64,000 nucleotides of DNA from Bdellovibrionales bacterium (GCA_965204055.1 OZ241967.1:1186126-1250125); one strand, 5' to 3'; counted from the first letter of the stretch, positions 1 through 10,406 are shown. Notes: generated by a model from the sequence alone, not told the origin. Numbers and translations: made by a program.

Positions 1-61
1 TACGCAAAGAAACAGGAAAAAAGGGCTTGAATAACAAAACAGGAAAAGGTTAAAGTGCCTT

Positions 62-1015
62 ATGCTTTACAATAATATTTTGGAAACCATCGGCAAAACC
101 CCCCTAGTGCGTTTGAATAAAATCAGTGCTCACTTAGATTGCACAGTTTATGCAAAATGCGAGTTTTTTAACCCAGGCGGATCTGTCAAAGATCGAATCG
201 CCTACAATATGATTGTTCAGGCAGAAAAAGAAGGCCTGATCCAAAAGGGAGATACCCTTATCGAGCCCACCAGTGGCAATACCGGCATAGGCATTGCTTT
301 AGCCGGAGCTGTTTTAGGCTACAAAGTCCTTATTATTATGCCGGAAAAAATGAGCCATGAAAAATCAGTCACTCTCAAAGCATTAGGGGCGGAAATCCGT
401 AGAACCCCCACAGAAGTGGCATACGATCATGAAGAAAGCCACATCAGCCTGGCCCGTCGCCTAACAAAAGAACTGCCCCGGGCATTTATGCTGGATCAAT
501 ATGCCAATCCTCATAATGTTTCTGCCCACTATGAAGGAACAGCCGTAGAAATACTGGAAGATTTAAACCAAAAAGTGGATATGATAATAGCCGGTGCGGG
601 CACAGGAGGCACTTTGACTGGCCTTTCCAAAAAAATAAAAGCCACGCGCCCAAACTGCGAAATAATAGGTGTGGATCCTGTAGGTTCTATTTTAGCAGGA
701 GAAGGCCCTATCCAAAATTATGAAGTAGAAGGAATTGGCTACGATTTTATCCCTCAGGTGCTGGAATGTGCCTATGTCACAGAGTGGGTAAAAACAAATG
801 ACAAAGAGTCTTTTCATAATGCTCTAAAACTTATTCGCGAAGAAGGGATTTTAGCAGGTGGGTCCAGCGGAGCAGTTCTGTCCGCGCTTTTTAAGACCGC
901 CCCCCGCCTAAATAAAAACCAAAATTGTGTGATTATTCTACCAGACGGTATCAGAAATTATATGAGTAAATTTTTAAACGAAACCTGGATGAAGGAAAAA
1001 TCCTTTACAACATAA
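62..1015 (+). CDS. PLP-dependent cysteine synthase / cystathionine beta-synthase family enzyme
   Basis: 317-aa ORF with the PLP-lysine motif GGSVKDR, SGNTGIG loop, IIMPEKMSxEK and GAGTGGT segments typical of the CysK/CBS fold. Confidence 0.85.
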   Translation: MLYNNILETIGKTPLVRLNKISAHLDCTVYAKCEFFNPGGSVKDRIAYNMIVQAEKEGLIQKGDTLIEPTSGNTGIGIALAGAVLGYKVLIIMPEKMSHEKSVTLKALGAEIRRTPTEVAYDHEESHISLARRLTKELPRAFMLDQYANPHNVSAHYEGTAVEILEDLNQKVDMIIAGAGTGGTLTGLSKKIKATRPNCEIIGVDPVGSILAGEGPIQNYEVEGIGYDFIPQVLECAYVTEWVKTNDKESFHNALKLIREEGILAGGSSGAVLSALFKTAPRLNKNQNCVIILPDGIRNYMSKFLNETWMKEKSFTT

Positions 1016-1065
1016 ACCTTATTACGGCATAAAACCTTACAGCATCAACCTTTACAGGAATAACT

Positions 1066-2202
1066 ATGAACACAAAGTGGCTTGATTTTTTATTAGAAAA
1101 AATTCCCTTAGGAGGTAACTTAAGCCTCACTCTGGCCCTTACCCTCTTTATATTTCTTGTGGCTTTTTTTCTCGGAAAGCCACTTGGTTATGTTATACGA
1201 AAAATCCTACAAAAATCCACCCACAAGCACTCTTTTCTTCAAACTCATGTTATTCCACAAATAGAAAAACCGGTTAGTATGATGAGTGTAGCTTTAATCT
1301 GGCTTTTGATTCTTAATTTTATGCCTCCACTCTGGAAATCTCTTGGGGGCATCCCTTTGTTTTTATCTAAGCCCTTGATTGGTGGTATAAAAATTTTAAT
1401 TAAAATAATTGTTGGTTCTGGATTAGTATGGATCAGCCACAACCTGGTAGATGAATTGGCAGGCTGGCTAATAAAAAGATTTTTTAAAGACACCCAGAAG
1501 GACTCTAATTTAAAAAACCATTTTCTTCCTTTTGTAAACCGTTTTATGAAAATTATTGTGCTCTGTTTCGGAAGTTTGTTGGTTCTGCAAAGTTTAGGCA
1601 TCAATGTAGTTTCTCTTTTAGCGGGTCTGGGGTTAGGAGGTATAGCTATTGCCCTGGCGGCTAAAGACTCCGCCGCCAATATTTTGGCATATATTAATAT
1701 TATGTTAGACAAACCTTTTTCTGTTGGAGATTGGATCTGTGTTAAGGATATAGAAGGGACCGTTATGGAGGTGGGTTTTCGTTCTTCTAAGATAAAAACT
1801 TTTTATGATTCTATTGTCACTGCTCCCAATTCCGCCTTAACCTCCACCAATATTGATAACATGGGAAAAAGAAAAGCCCGAAGAACACGCGTTTACCTGG
1901 GAGTGCGATACAACACTCCCCCGGAAAAAATAGAAAGCTTTATAACAGGCATAAAAAACATTTTGAAAAATAACCCCGCTGTCAAAAAAGATTATTTTCA
2001 AGTGTATTTTACGGAGTTTGGAGAGTCCGATTTAAAAATCATTCTAAACTTTTTTTTGTTAACTGGAGATTGGGAAAGCGAGTTAAAGGAAAAACAAAAT
2101 ATTTTCATGGGGATACTCAAGCTGGCTAAAGAATTACAGGTGGAGTTTGCCTTTCCCACACAAATTGTTCATTTAGAAAACACGCATAAACTAAAGGAGT
2201 AG
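1066..2202 (+). CDS. MscS-family mechanosensitive ion channel
   Basis: 378 aa with several N-terminal TM helices, then an MscS-type beta domain (LDKPFSVGDWICVKDIEGTVMEVGFRSSKIKT). Confidence 0.8.
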   Translation: MNTKWLDFLLEKIPLGGNLSLTLALTLFIFLVAFFLGKPLGYVIRKILQKSTHKHSFLQTHVIPQIEKPVSMMSVALIWLLILNFMPPLWKSLGGIPLFLSKPLIGGIKILIKIIVGSGLVWISHNLVDELAGWLIKRFFKDTQKDSNLKNHFLPFVNRFMKIIVLCFGSLLVLQSLGINVVSLLAGLGLGGIAIALAAKDSAANILAYINIMLDKPFSVGDWICVKDIEGTVMEVGFRSSKIKTFYDSIVTAPNSALTSTNIDNMGKRKARRTRVYLGVRYNTPPEKIESFITGIKNILKNNPAVKKDYFQVYFTEFGESDLKIILNFFLLTGDWESELKEKQNIFMGILKLAKELQVEFAFPTQIVHLENTHKLKE

Positions 2203-2276
2203 CTTGAACAAAAAAGGAGTAGCTTGAACAAAAAAAGGAATAGCTTGAACAAAAAAGGAGTAGCTTGAACAAAATT
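2193..2276. repeat. 4 x ~21-bp tandem repeat (AAGGAGTAGCTTGAACAAAAA) starting at the mscS stop codon
   Basis: GGAGTAGCTTGAACA at 2196, 2216, 2237 (one mismatch) and 2258; the first copy contains the TAG stop of the upstream ORF. Confidence 0.9.
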
Positions 2277-2326
2277 TTTTCTACAGCCACTTAAATAAAA
2301 CACTTAAAAAAAGGAACATAAACCTT

Positions 2327-3055
2327 ATGAGACAAGACAACAGAAACCCTAACCAACTTCGAACAATCACCATTACCCCCCATGTTTTAAAATACGCAGA
2401 AGGAAGTGCGGAAATTACTATGGGGAATACCCGTATTATATGCTCTGCCTCTGTAGATATGTCTTTGCCTAAATGGATGCGCATTCCAGAAATGGGCTGG
2501 GTAACAGCAGAATATGGAATGCTCCCCCGTTCCACCCACAACAGGATAAAACGAGAGAGAGCTAATAATTCCGGCCGATCACAAGAAATCTCCCGCCTGA
2601 TTGGACGCAGTCTCAGATCCGCTGTGGATTTGCGAAAATTAGGAGAAAGACAGATCCATATTGATTGTGATGTTATTCAAGCTGATGGGGGGACTCGTAC
2701 AGCCTCTATTACAGGTGGGTTTGTGGCTTTGGCTCTGGCCCTTAATTCCCTTAAAAAAGAAGTCCTGATTAAGCATATTCCTCTTACTCACTATGTTTCT
2801 GCCATCAGCCTGGGGATATTAAAAGACTTAGTATTATTAGATCTTTGTTGCAAAGAGGATCAAAAAGCCTCAGCAGATATGAATATTGTGTTTGCCTCCA
2901 ACGGGAGATTGGTAGAAATTCAAGGAACAGCGGAACACAACACTTTTAGTCGAAAACAATTAGATGATGTTTTAGATAAGGCCTGGACAGCTTGTAAGAG
3001 TTTGTTTAAAGAACAGGAAAAAATAATAGGATCCTTTTTCCCCTTACAGCTCTAA
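2327..3055 (+). CDS. rph: ribonuclease PH
   Basis: 242 aa; R(Q)D(N)R..NQLR N-terminus, GWVTAEYGMLPRST and DCDVIQADGGTRTASITG motifs characteristic of RNase PH. Confidence 0.9.
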   Translation: MRQDNRNPNQLRTITITPHVLKYAEGSAEITMGNTRIICSASVDMSLPKWMRIPEMGWVTAEYGMLPRSTHNRIKRERANNSGRSQEISRLIGRSLRSAVDLRKLGERQIHIDCDVIQADGGTRTASITGGFVALALALNSLKKEVLIKHIPLTHYVSAISLGILKDLVLLDLCCKEDQKASADMNIVFASNGRLVEIQGTAEHNTFSRKQLDDVLDKAWTACKSLFKEQEKIIGSFFPLQL

Positions 3056-3163
3056 AAATATCCTTTTTATTACCTTTCAGCAACCATGCGAAACAAACTT
3101 TATCACGGAAGACCATTGAATAACTGTTTTCCCATATAAAAAGCCAGTTTTTTAAATTTTTAA

Positions 3164-3193
3164 TTGACTTTATAACTTAATATGTAATATAAT
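3164..3193 (+). promoter_or_regulatory. sigma70-type promoter candidate (TTGACT-N18-TATAAT)
   Basis: TTGACT at 3164-3169 and TATAAT at 3188-3193, about 35 nt upstream of GAGGAGG-N7-ATG (3228). Confidence 0.4.
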
Positions 3194-3227
3194 TACCCTG
3201 TGTTCACAATCTTGAGGAGGTAGTTTT

Positions 3228-3623
3228 ATGGAATCTTTATCAGATGTTCCTATAGTTTTACAGTCTATTGGTGTCTTTATTGTTTTTTTGTCCTTATTGT
3301 TTTTTGGCTTTAATGTTATGCTTAACGCAAAAACAGAACCATTAAAGGATAACCAACAGCGTCTGGAAAAAACTTTGGACAAGTACCATGAGGAAAGTAA
3401 AAAAAACCATGAGGAAAGTAAAAAAAACCATGAGGAAAGTAAAAAAAACTATGAGGAAAGTAAAAAGCACATTGTCCACATGGAATCCGAGATAAAGGCA
3501 GAGCAAGAAAAAATTAAGGAAATACTTAATTCTGTTATGAGCAATATTGAAACTTTAAATAAAGCAGTAAGAGAAATAAATAAAGCGGTAAAAGAAAGGC
3601 TGGAATCATCAAAATTAAAGTGA
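3228..3623 (+). CDS. small membrane-anchored coiled-coil protein with 4 x HEESKKN repeats (paralogue of 60924..61241)
   Basis: Strong SD; N-terminal MESLSDVPIVLQ plus TM helix plus NAKTEPLKDNQ shared with the ORF at 60924..61241; 21-bp in-frame repeats at ~3387-3470. Confidence 0.55.
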   Translation: MESLSDVPIVLQSIGVFIVFLSLLFFGFNVMLNAKTEPLKDNQQRLEKTLDKYHEESKKNHEESKKNHEESKKNYEESKKHIVHMESEIKAEQEKIKEILNSVMSNIETLNKAVREINKAVKERLESSKLK

Positions 3624-3897
3624 TCATGTAACAGTCTCTCAGGAGCAGAGAGGAAAAAAGCAGTTAAAAGCTATTTTTTAAGCCCTAAGTCTGGTTTTAT
3701 ATACTGCAATTTTGCAGGGAATCCTAAAAAAACTTGAATAGAGGCTATTTTATAGGGTTTTGAACCCTTTTTTTCAAATCAATATCACATTCAGATCAAG
3801 TTTAATTTCTAAAAAGCAGTTATTCAGGACAGATCAAGATATAAGTCTTATAAATTTTTATTTAAGATCTATCTTCTTTTTTCCGATTTTATAAAAT

Positions 3898-4917
3898 ATG
3901 AAAAAATATATTGTTTTTTTCGCTTTTTCATTAAGTTTGACCACAATGGGCCTTTTTCTATTGGCAAACTGTGTTCAAGATAGCTCTAATGCAGGAGGAA
4001 ATAAGGGAGGACAATCCAGCGGTAACTTTGGTTTTACTCCAAACGCTCCTATTACAGAGTTTGACTCTACCGAAACAGGTAATGAGGGCTACGGATTTAC
4101 CGCAGATTCTATAAGAGGTAGCTCTGATGGTTCTTCTACAACAACATCCAGCGGGGAATGTGGTAACAACAACCCTCTTTGTAAAAGCTCTTCTGTTTTA
4201 GACTACGAAAGGAAATTTGGAACCAGTGCCCCTATTACCATAACCAACAACGACGCATTTGAAGATTTTAGATTAGGTGAACCTGTTAATAGCATGGATG
4301 ACATTAGAGAGCTAAGAGTGTATGTCAAGCTTAACAAAACTAACAATAACCGCTACGCAGGAAATGTCACTATTGCTTATGACGATCTTGAAAGAGACAG
4401 TTTTAGAGAAGTGAAATTTAAATCTGGAAAGGACGACAACGCCAGATACAATGTATGGTTCAAAAAAAGCGGTACAGATTATTTCCACGGCTTTTTTCAA
4501 GAAAAATACGGTGCCCTGATTCTAATAGTAGATTCTGTTACTCCCACAGTAGAAAGTCGAGACACATCTACACAAAGCACCTTATATAATGGTTCTATAT
4601 GGGTTATGCAGTTTCGCACCACTTTTAAGGGTAAAAATTCTTGTAACAATCATGATCAAAAATATGTTTTTCAATACAACAAAGAATTACAAGTAGGACA
4701 GGAAAGACTACCTATGCCTTCAGAATTAAAATATCGATGTTGGTTTATGACAAATGGTCCTTATGATTGCAGAACATGGAGAAGTGGACAAGGAGTAGAC
4801 ACTTTTAAAGATATATATCCTGATAGCTGTTATGAAAAAATGGGGACCTTTATAGGCTTAGACATTTTAAAAGCCTTTGGCGTAAACAAAAGATCTGATA
4901 TTGCAGTTCATAACTAA
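3898..4917 (+). CDS. putative lipoprotein, function unknown
   Basis: 339 aa; signal peptide ending in a lipobox-like LLANC; Ser/Gly-rich linker; several Cys. Confidence 0.5.
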   Translation: MKKYIVFFAFSLSLTTMGLFLLANCVQDSSNAGGNKGGQSSGNFGFTPNAPITEFDSTETGNEGYGFTADSIRGSSDGSSTTTSSGECGNNNPLCKSSSVLDYERKFGTSAPITITNNDAFEDFRLGEPVNSMDDIRELRVYVKLNKTNNNRYAGNVTIAYDDLERDSFREVKFKSGKDDNARYNVWFKKSGTDYFHGFFQEKYGALILIVDSVTPTVESRDTSTQSTLYNGSIWVMQFRTTFKGKNSCNNHDQKYVFQYNKELQVGQERLPMPSELKYRCWFMTNGPYDCRTWRSGQGVDTFKDIYPDSCYEKMGTFIGLDILKAFGVNKRSDIAVHN

Positions 4918-5021
4918 TAGAGATGGATCTACAACTTAAAGCAGGAACTTTAAAACAGGATGACTTTTTTAGGAATAACACTTAAATCGTCTAACCTCAA
5001 AATACAATTAAGGAGGAAAAA

Positions 5022-5483
5022 ATGAATCTTATAAAATTATATTTCACTGTTTTAATGGTACTCACTTTTTTGTTAACCGGTTGTGGAGAGACAAAAACAA
5101 GCGGACCAAAAAAAACTACTTCTCCACACAAAACTACCACCACACCCTCAGCCCATACAGCAAAATTAAAAGGGGAAGTATCAGGAAGAGCTGTGGATAT
5201 AAGTGTCTCTCTTCCCTCTAACACAAACCTGTTAGATTATAATGGAAGTGCCACTGTCACAGGAAAAATTAAAGCCTCCGACCTTCCCTGCCTCAGCAGT
5301 TTTCAGTCTTTTAACTGTAAAGCGGAGCTATCGGTTGGGAATATTAATATTAATAGTTGCTCTATAGGAAAACATAGCATAGGTATCCAAATTGTACTTT
5401 TCCGGGGAAAACAGCTAAAAGAGGGGTATACTATCAGTGGTATCATAGTTAACTCGCCTCTTTCCTGCCATTACCAGCAATAA
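5022..5483 (+). CDS. putative lipoprotein, function unknown
   Basis: 153 aa; SD AAGGAGG upstream; signal peptide with lipobox LLTGC. Confidence 0.5.
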   Translation: MNLIKLYFTVLMVLTFLLTGCGETKTSGPKKTTSPHKTTTTPSAHTAKLKGEVSGRAVDISVSLPSNTNLLDYNGSATVTGKIKASDLPCLSSFQSFNCKAELSVGNININSCSIGKHSIGIQIVLFRGKQLKEGYTISGIIVNSPLSCHYQQ

Positions 5484-5488
5484 ATATA

Positions 5489-6382
5489 ATGAAAAGCGCG
5501 AACAGGCAAAAATATTTTGATCAATTTTTGGAAGATCTGGAAATCCATTATTCCATTCATACTTATTCCGCCTATAAAAGAGATCTAGAGTTTTACAAAA
5601 AATTTTTAAAGAAAAGAAAGGGAACAGATATTTCCGCTTTCTACGAGTATATTGACAAACAAGGGTTTAGCGCACGGTCCAAAGGCAGAATTATCAGCAG
5701 TGTTCGCTCTTACTTTCGCTTTTTAGAATCAAAGGGGGAAAGAACACCTCTTAGAAAACTAAGTCCTGTGCCCATTCAAAAAAGCCTTCCCAAATTCATT
5801 TCATTAGAGGAGTTTCAAAAACTGTATCAGTCGGCCCGCGTAAAAGAAAACCCCAAAAGTGCCAGAAATCACATTACTTTACTTTTGCTTTTTGGGCTGG
5901 GGTGCAGGATTAGTGAGATTATTCAGTTAAACCTACAAGATATAAACGAATTAGATCACTCTCTTATTGTTACAGGAAAAAGAAAAAAACAAAGAATTTT
6001 ACCTCTTACACAAGAGCTTTTTACCCAACTTAACCAATACATTCAAAAACATCGTCCAGCCTTGTTAAAATCGCGTAAAACAAATTCTGTTTTAATCAAC
6101 AACAAAGGGGGACGACCCTCCAGAGTGGATATTTGGAGATGGCTTTCTGCCTGGTCCAAAAAAGCAGGTTTTGTGGAAGTCAAAAATCCTCATCAGTTTC
6201 GCCACGGTTTTGCCACCAATCTTTTGGAAAATGGTGCGGATTTAAGGAGTATCCAATTTTTATTAGGACATTCCAGCATACAAACCACTCAAATATACAC
6301 TTCTGTTCAACAAACACATTTACAAAAAACTATTAGAGAACACCACCCCCTTTCTTCCTTAAAAACTTTCCATAGAAAATAG
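5489..6382 (+). CDS. tyrosine recombinase, XerC/XerD family
   Basis: 297 aa; core-binding N-domain, GCRISE (Arg I), HQFRHGFATNLLENGADLRSIQFLLGHSSIQTTQIYT (H-x-x-R ... Y catalytic region). Confidence 0.85.
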   Translation: MKSANRQKYFDQFLEDLEIHYSIHTYSAYKRDLEFYKKFLKKRKGTDISAFYEYIDKQGFSARSKGRIISSVRSYFRFLESKGERTPLRKLSPVPIQKSLPKFISLEEFQKLYQSARVKENPKSARNHITLLLLFGLGCRISEIIQLNLQDINELDHSLIVTGKRKKQRILPLTQELFTQLNQYIQKHRPALLKSRKTNSVLINNKGGRPSRVDIWRWLSAWSKKAGFVEVKNPHQFRHGFATNLLENGADLRSIQFLLGHSSIQTTQIYTSVQQTHLQKTIREHHPLSSLKTFHRK

Positions 6383-6582
6383 GAAAATACTTCGTATCCC
6401 CCGATTTAAGGATTACATAATGTTGTCCTATAAATTGCTTGGTACATCTCCTTAAAAGTCCAGAGATTCCTGCCTTCAAGAGACTGAAAAGCCAAGTTGT
6501 TAGATTTTCCGTCCTAAAACTTGAAAAAATTGGACATCTATTGAAAAATCTGCATAAGTCAGAATAACAAAAAGGACACAAT

Positions 6583-7635
6583 ATGACTAAAAAGCAAAAG
6601 GGATTTTCTTCTTTTTGTTTTGCAAATTTATGCTTTTGCCTTCTTATTATTTTATGGGGTGCGTGGGTGCGCATTTCTCATTCCGGGGATGGTTGTGGGC
6701 AAAGTTGGCCCAGCTGTCAGGGGCAATATCTAATATCTATTGAAGAAGAGGGAAAAACTTGGATCGAATGGATCCATCGTGCCACCTCTGGCTTGTTTGG
6801 TGTGATGGTTTTAGGGCTTTTAGTGTGGGCTTTTTTAAAGTTTCCACGCCGTCATCCTGTTCGAAAAAGCACTTTACTTGCCTTCTGCTTTACTCTTAGT
6901 GAGGCTCTGATTGGGGCACGGCTGGTTTTAGCTGGCCTTACTGGGAGTAGTGCCTCTTGGGCACGCGCCCTAACTATGAATCTACATCTTTTAAACTCTA
7001 TCCTATTAACTTGTAGTCTGTTTATAACTTGGCGACTATCTTTGGGCCAGCGGTTTTCTTTTAGTTCGGGGTTTTTCTCCTCTGTTTTTTCTAAATTTTC
7101 AAACAGAAAACATATTATAGTTTTTATTCTGATTTTTTTTCTAATTGCTTTTTTCGGATCTTTTTCTTCTTTGTCTACCTCTTTGTTTCCCTCCTCTTCC
7201 CTTTGGAAGGGATTAAGTATGGATTTTAACCCAGACTCCCATTGGCTTATTCGTTGGCGACTTTTACATCCTGTTTTAGCTCTTATTTTTGGAGGAGGAT
7301 TTTTCTTATATCTTATCTATAGATCTTATGACCCTGCGGGACTGAAAATGAAAAACAAAAACTCTAAATCTACTGCTTTAAAATGGCTTTTCAAGTGGGT
7401 AAAACCAAAAAATTTCCTTAATTGTATAAAAGAGGTTAAAAAACCCAGTAAAATATTTGTACTTTGTTTGAGCTTGGCTTTGCTTTCTGGTTTGATGAAC
7501 TTATTACTACTTTCCCCTGTATTTTTAAAGCTTTTTCACCTGCTTATGGTTTATTTACTGTCTATGAGTTTTATACTTACCTTGGAAAAAAAACAGAAAG
7601 AAATAAAAAAACAAATTTATAGCCACTCCCATTAG
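6583..7635 (+). CDS. ctaA: heme A synthase (COX15/CtaA family)
   Basis: 350-aa polytopic membrane protein; N-terminal WGAWVRISHSGDGCGQSWPSCQG motif typical of CtaA/COX15. Confidence 0.65.
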   Translation: MTKKQKGFSSFCFANLCFCLLIILWGAWVRISHSGDGCGQSWPSCQGQYLISIEEEGKTWIEWIHRATSGLFGVMVLGLLVWAFLKFPRRHPVRKSTLLAFCFTLSEALIGARLVLAGLTGSSASWARALTMNLHLLNSILLTCSLFITWRLSLGQRFSFSSGFFSSVFSKFSNRKHIIVFILIFFLIAFFGSFSSLSTSLFPSSSLWKGLSMDFNPDSHWLIRWRLLHPVLALIFGGGFFLYLIYRSYDPAGLKMKNKNSKSTALKWLFKWVKPKNFLNCIKEVKKPSKIFVLCLSLALLSGLMNLLLLSPVFLKLFHLLMVYLLSMSFILTLEKKQKEIKKQIYSHSH

Positions 7636-7762
7636 AGACTATATTTAATTCTTGTGGTAGGTTAATTCTTCAGGCAATGTCCAACACGGCCAAACAGCCT
7701 GTCTGTCGGTTAAGGCACGATATTATAGCCGATGATATTAAAGCAAGAGCATAGCTCATCAA

Positions 7763-7942
7763 CCCGCATAGCGGGCGACTTATCCATGATCCTTTTTTCC
7801 AATTTTGCAAGTCACAACTCAAAATAGGCCAGCATGGCTGGCTACCTAAATCCCCGCATAGCGGGCGACTTATCCATGATCCTTTTTTCCAATTTTGCAA
7901 GTCACAACTCAAAATAGGCCAGCATGGCTGGCTACCTAAATC
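7763..7942. repeat. 2 x 90-bp tandem repeat with two hairpins per unit (CCCGC-ATA-GCGGG; GCCAGC-ATG-GCTGGC)
   Basis: Identical units at 7763-7852 and 7853-7942, directly downstream of the 7971 stop; the reverse complement is related to the 83-bp family at 61301-61632 and 48209-48286. Confidence 0.9.
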
Positions 7943-7970
7943 AGGATTATAAAATCTTTTGAATAACCAC

Positions 7971-9959
7971 TTACTGAAGGAGACCAGAACCAGGAGGACG
8001 CTTAATGATACCAGATCGTATATGTTCGCCATCTCCTATTATAGCACCCCCAGTTACCTTCCCCCCTGATATTCTGCCACCGAATACCTGTGCATTCCCA
8101 GTCACAACCCCACCTGATATTGTGCCACCTGATACCTGCGCATTCCCAGTCACAACCCCACCTGATATTGTGCCACCTGATACCCTTACAGTCCCACCAT
8201 CCAGCCGATCGTGTATTGCCAAAGACTCCCAGCCTCTCCCCTGGCTAGCCCATACTGTGCCTCCTGATATTGTGCCACCTGATATCTCTACATTCCCGCC
8301 CACTGTTGCACTACCAGATATTTCACCTCCTGATATTGTGCCCCCCCATATTGTACCTCCTGATACACGCGCACTCCCATATATCTCCCCTCCCTGTATT
8401 CTCCCTCCAGACACCTGTGCATTACCATACACATTCGCTGCTAATATTGAGCCTCCAGACACCTGTGCATTACCATATACACGACCGAATATTTTACCCC
8501 CCGTTATCCGTGCATTCCCGGACACCTGCGCATTAGACCCACATACCACGGCATTAGGACCTACATAAGCGGATGGGGTAACACTCGCTGAACCACCTAT
8601 ATATCCTCCCCCGTTTGTATGTTTTCTACCAACTTCTCGAACACCACAGCCTTCGACACAGGCTGAACCATTCCAAGCTAACCTACCAGTTGGGCACTGC
8701 TTACATTCTCCCGCATCCCACCAAGGTGTCTCATCTGGGCATTCGCAAGCAGTGCCTGCCGTGTTAAAACTTTTACCATCTGGGCATATACAACGTTTTT
8801 GTTCCATATCCCACACACTACCCGATGGACAAGCTACACAGGTCGTTCCATCCCAATCCGGCTTATTACCCGGATAATCTGGCTTACTTCCCGGACAAGT
8901 TACACAGGTTAAACCATCCCAATGAGTCCCCACACCACATACACATGCTACACCATTCCATACCCTGTCTGTCTCATCACAAACACAACCTGAACCATCC
9001 CACTTCCTGCCCCCAGTGCAGGGCACCTCACACACTATATCCCCATACTCATCAAATCCCTTCATAACAGTTTGTTGACCACTCTTTTTATCTACAGGAC
9101 AATCCTGACCTAACCTAACCACCTTCTCACAAACTCTTTCCCCGGCTGGGCCTATACCCTTAAAAGTGGTCTCAATACACTTACAATCCTTATTGCTCTC
9201 ATTAACTGCTCCCCCTTTGCACCTCTCCTTACAAACTGCTGTGTCAGGAACAGGAATGTCTTCACATTCCGATAAATCCACCCCACAAGCTTTACTTCCA
9301 TCATTTTTAACACCTGTTAGTATCTTGCCCTCTGGACAAACTGATAAATCACCACAAATAGCTGTCCCTTGCTTGTCAAAACCCCGTAAATACTGATTCT
9401 TTGCACAAGAAATGCCCACAATACCAGGCCCCCCTCTACCTCTGCTGGAGCAATCTAAAAGGGAACAGTGAGTAACCTTTTTGCTTATGGGATCAAAACG
9501 ATAGTCCACTTTACAGGCTTTAAAGTAACAGCCAGCTTGATCGTTAGCTCCGCTTCCGGCTGTGCAGGGCTTACCATCTAAGGTTTCTTGACCGCCCCCG
9601 TATTTTTTCTTGTAATAGACAGTTAAAGTTCTGGCCTCTGGGTTGTAGGTGGGTTTATTGGCTAATTCTATCTTAACGATGTTTAATACTGCTCTAAAAT
9701 CGCCTGGTTCAATTAAGGTGATGTCGTCTGTGAGGTTGGGGGTGTCTCCCGCATTATTTCTATTAGTTTGGACCAGGGAAGAAAGCGTGCCTTTTCTGTT
9801 AGTGGGATCGGAGAGGTGGGAGAGTTTGAGGTTGTAGAAGCAATCGGCGGGGTCTGAGAGGGCTTTTGTGAGTTTATACTGTAGGTCTTGTTCTGCTAAG
9901 GAAGTTCTGAGTATTCTGGTAGTTTGGGCGGTATGGCCTGAGAGTTTAAGCAAGCTCAT
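7971..9959 (-). CDS. large cysteine-rich surface protein with C-terminal G-N-A-Q-V-S-G-G beta-helix-type repeats; reading frame open upstream to 10417 and encoding a prepilin-type N-terminus
   Basis: 662-aa ORF from the first ATG; many CxC/CP motifs in the centre; GNAQVSGGxISGG repeats (54-bp DNA periodicity) at the C-terminus; upstream in-frame codons encode QG|FGLVEILILSSFGLFVS. Confidence 0.75.
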   Translation of the reverse strand: MSLLKLSGHTAQTTRILRTSLAEQDLQYKLTKALSDPADCFYNLKLSHLSDPTNRKGTLSSLVQTNRNNAGDTPNLTDDITLIEPGDFRAVLNIVKIELANKPTYNPEARTLTVYYKKKYGGGQETLDGKPCTAGSGANDQAGCYFKACKVDYRFDPISKKVTHCSLLDCSSRGRGGPGIVGISCAKNQYLRGFDKQGTAICGDLSVCPEGKILTGVKNDGSKACGVDLSECEDIPVPDTAVCKERCKGGAVNESNKDCKCIETTFKGIGPAGERVCEKVVRLGQDCPVDKKSGQQTVMKGFDEYGDIVCEVPCTGGRKWDGSGCVCDETDRVWNGVACVCGVGTHWDGLTCVTCPGSKPDYPGNKPDWDGTTCVACPSGSVWDMEQKRCICPDGKSFNTAGTACECPDETPWWDAGECKQCPTGRLAWNGSACVEGCGVREVGRKHTNGGGYIGGSASVTPSAYVGPNAVVCGSNAQVSGNARITGGKIFGRVYGNAQVSGGSILAANVYGNAQVSGGRIQGGEIYGSARVSGGTIWGGTISGGEISGSATVGGNVEISGGTISGGTVWASQGRGWESLAIHDRLDGGTVRVSGGTISGGVVTGNAQVSGGTISGGVVTGNAQVFGGRISGGKVTGGAIIGDGEHIRSGIIKRPPGSGLLQ

Positions 9960-9995
9960 GCTTACAAATAACCCGAAAGAGGATAGGATTAGGAT

Positions 9996-10016
9996 TTCTA
10001 CGAGGCCGAACCCTTG
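9996..10016 (-). other. class III (prepilin-type) signal cleavage motif Q-G|F-G-L-V-E, in frame with 7971..9959 but upstream of its first ATG
   Basis: Minus-strand codons caa ggg ttc ggc ctc gta gaa; Glu at +5, followed by a hydrophobic helix ILILSSFGLFV. Confidence 0.6.
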
Positions 10017-10150
10017 GTTGTCATATTTGCAAAGACGAAAACCCAGCCTGTTATAGTTGCGCAGGCGAAAACCCAGCTTGTCATTTGAGGTCCAACGGAC
10101 AAGATTCCCGCCTGTGCGGGAATGACAGAAACTGAAACCGGATCTTAACG

Positions 10151-10406
10151 ATAAAACGATAAAACGATAAAACGATAAAACGATAAAACGATAAAACGAT
10201 AAAACGATAAAACGATAAAACGATAAAACGATAAAACGATAAAACGATAAAACGATAAAACGATAAAACGATAAAACGATAAAACGATAAAACGATAAAA
10301 CGATAAAACGATAAAACGATAAAACGATAAAACGATAAAACGATAAAACGATAAAACGATAAAACGATAAAACGATAAAACGATAAAACGATAAAACGAT
10401 AAAACG
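10151..10406. repeat. 32 exact copies of an 8-bp unit (plus ATAAAACG / minus CGTTTTAT)
   Basis: 256 bp counted unit by unit; flanked by ATGAACACAAT (minus, ATG at 10417) and CGTTAAG; open in all three minus-strand frames. Confidence 0.95.

Noticed and set aside
6333-6674. 113-aa minus-strand ORF bridging the XerC/D-family gene 3' end and the ctaA 5' end, plus similar antisense ORFs (1245..1712, 2281..2541, 16393..16620, 24990..25334 and 25347..25628)
   Set aside because: They overlap well-supported genes on the opposite strand or MITE-like sequence, and they have no motifs or RBS.
8005-8568. Proline-rich plus-strand ORFs (8005..8568, 8270..8536, 48564..49115 and 61911..62462)
   Set aside because: They are antisense shadows of Gly-rich coding repeats (GGN read as NCC on the other strand). 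They have no RBS, and the minus-strand ORFs are far longer and internally consistent.
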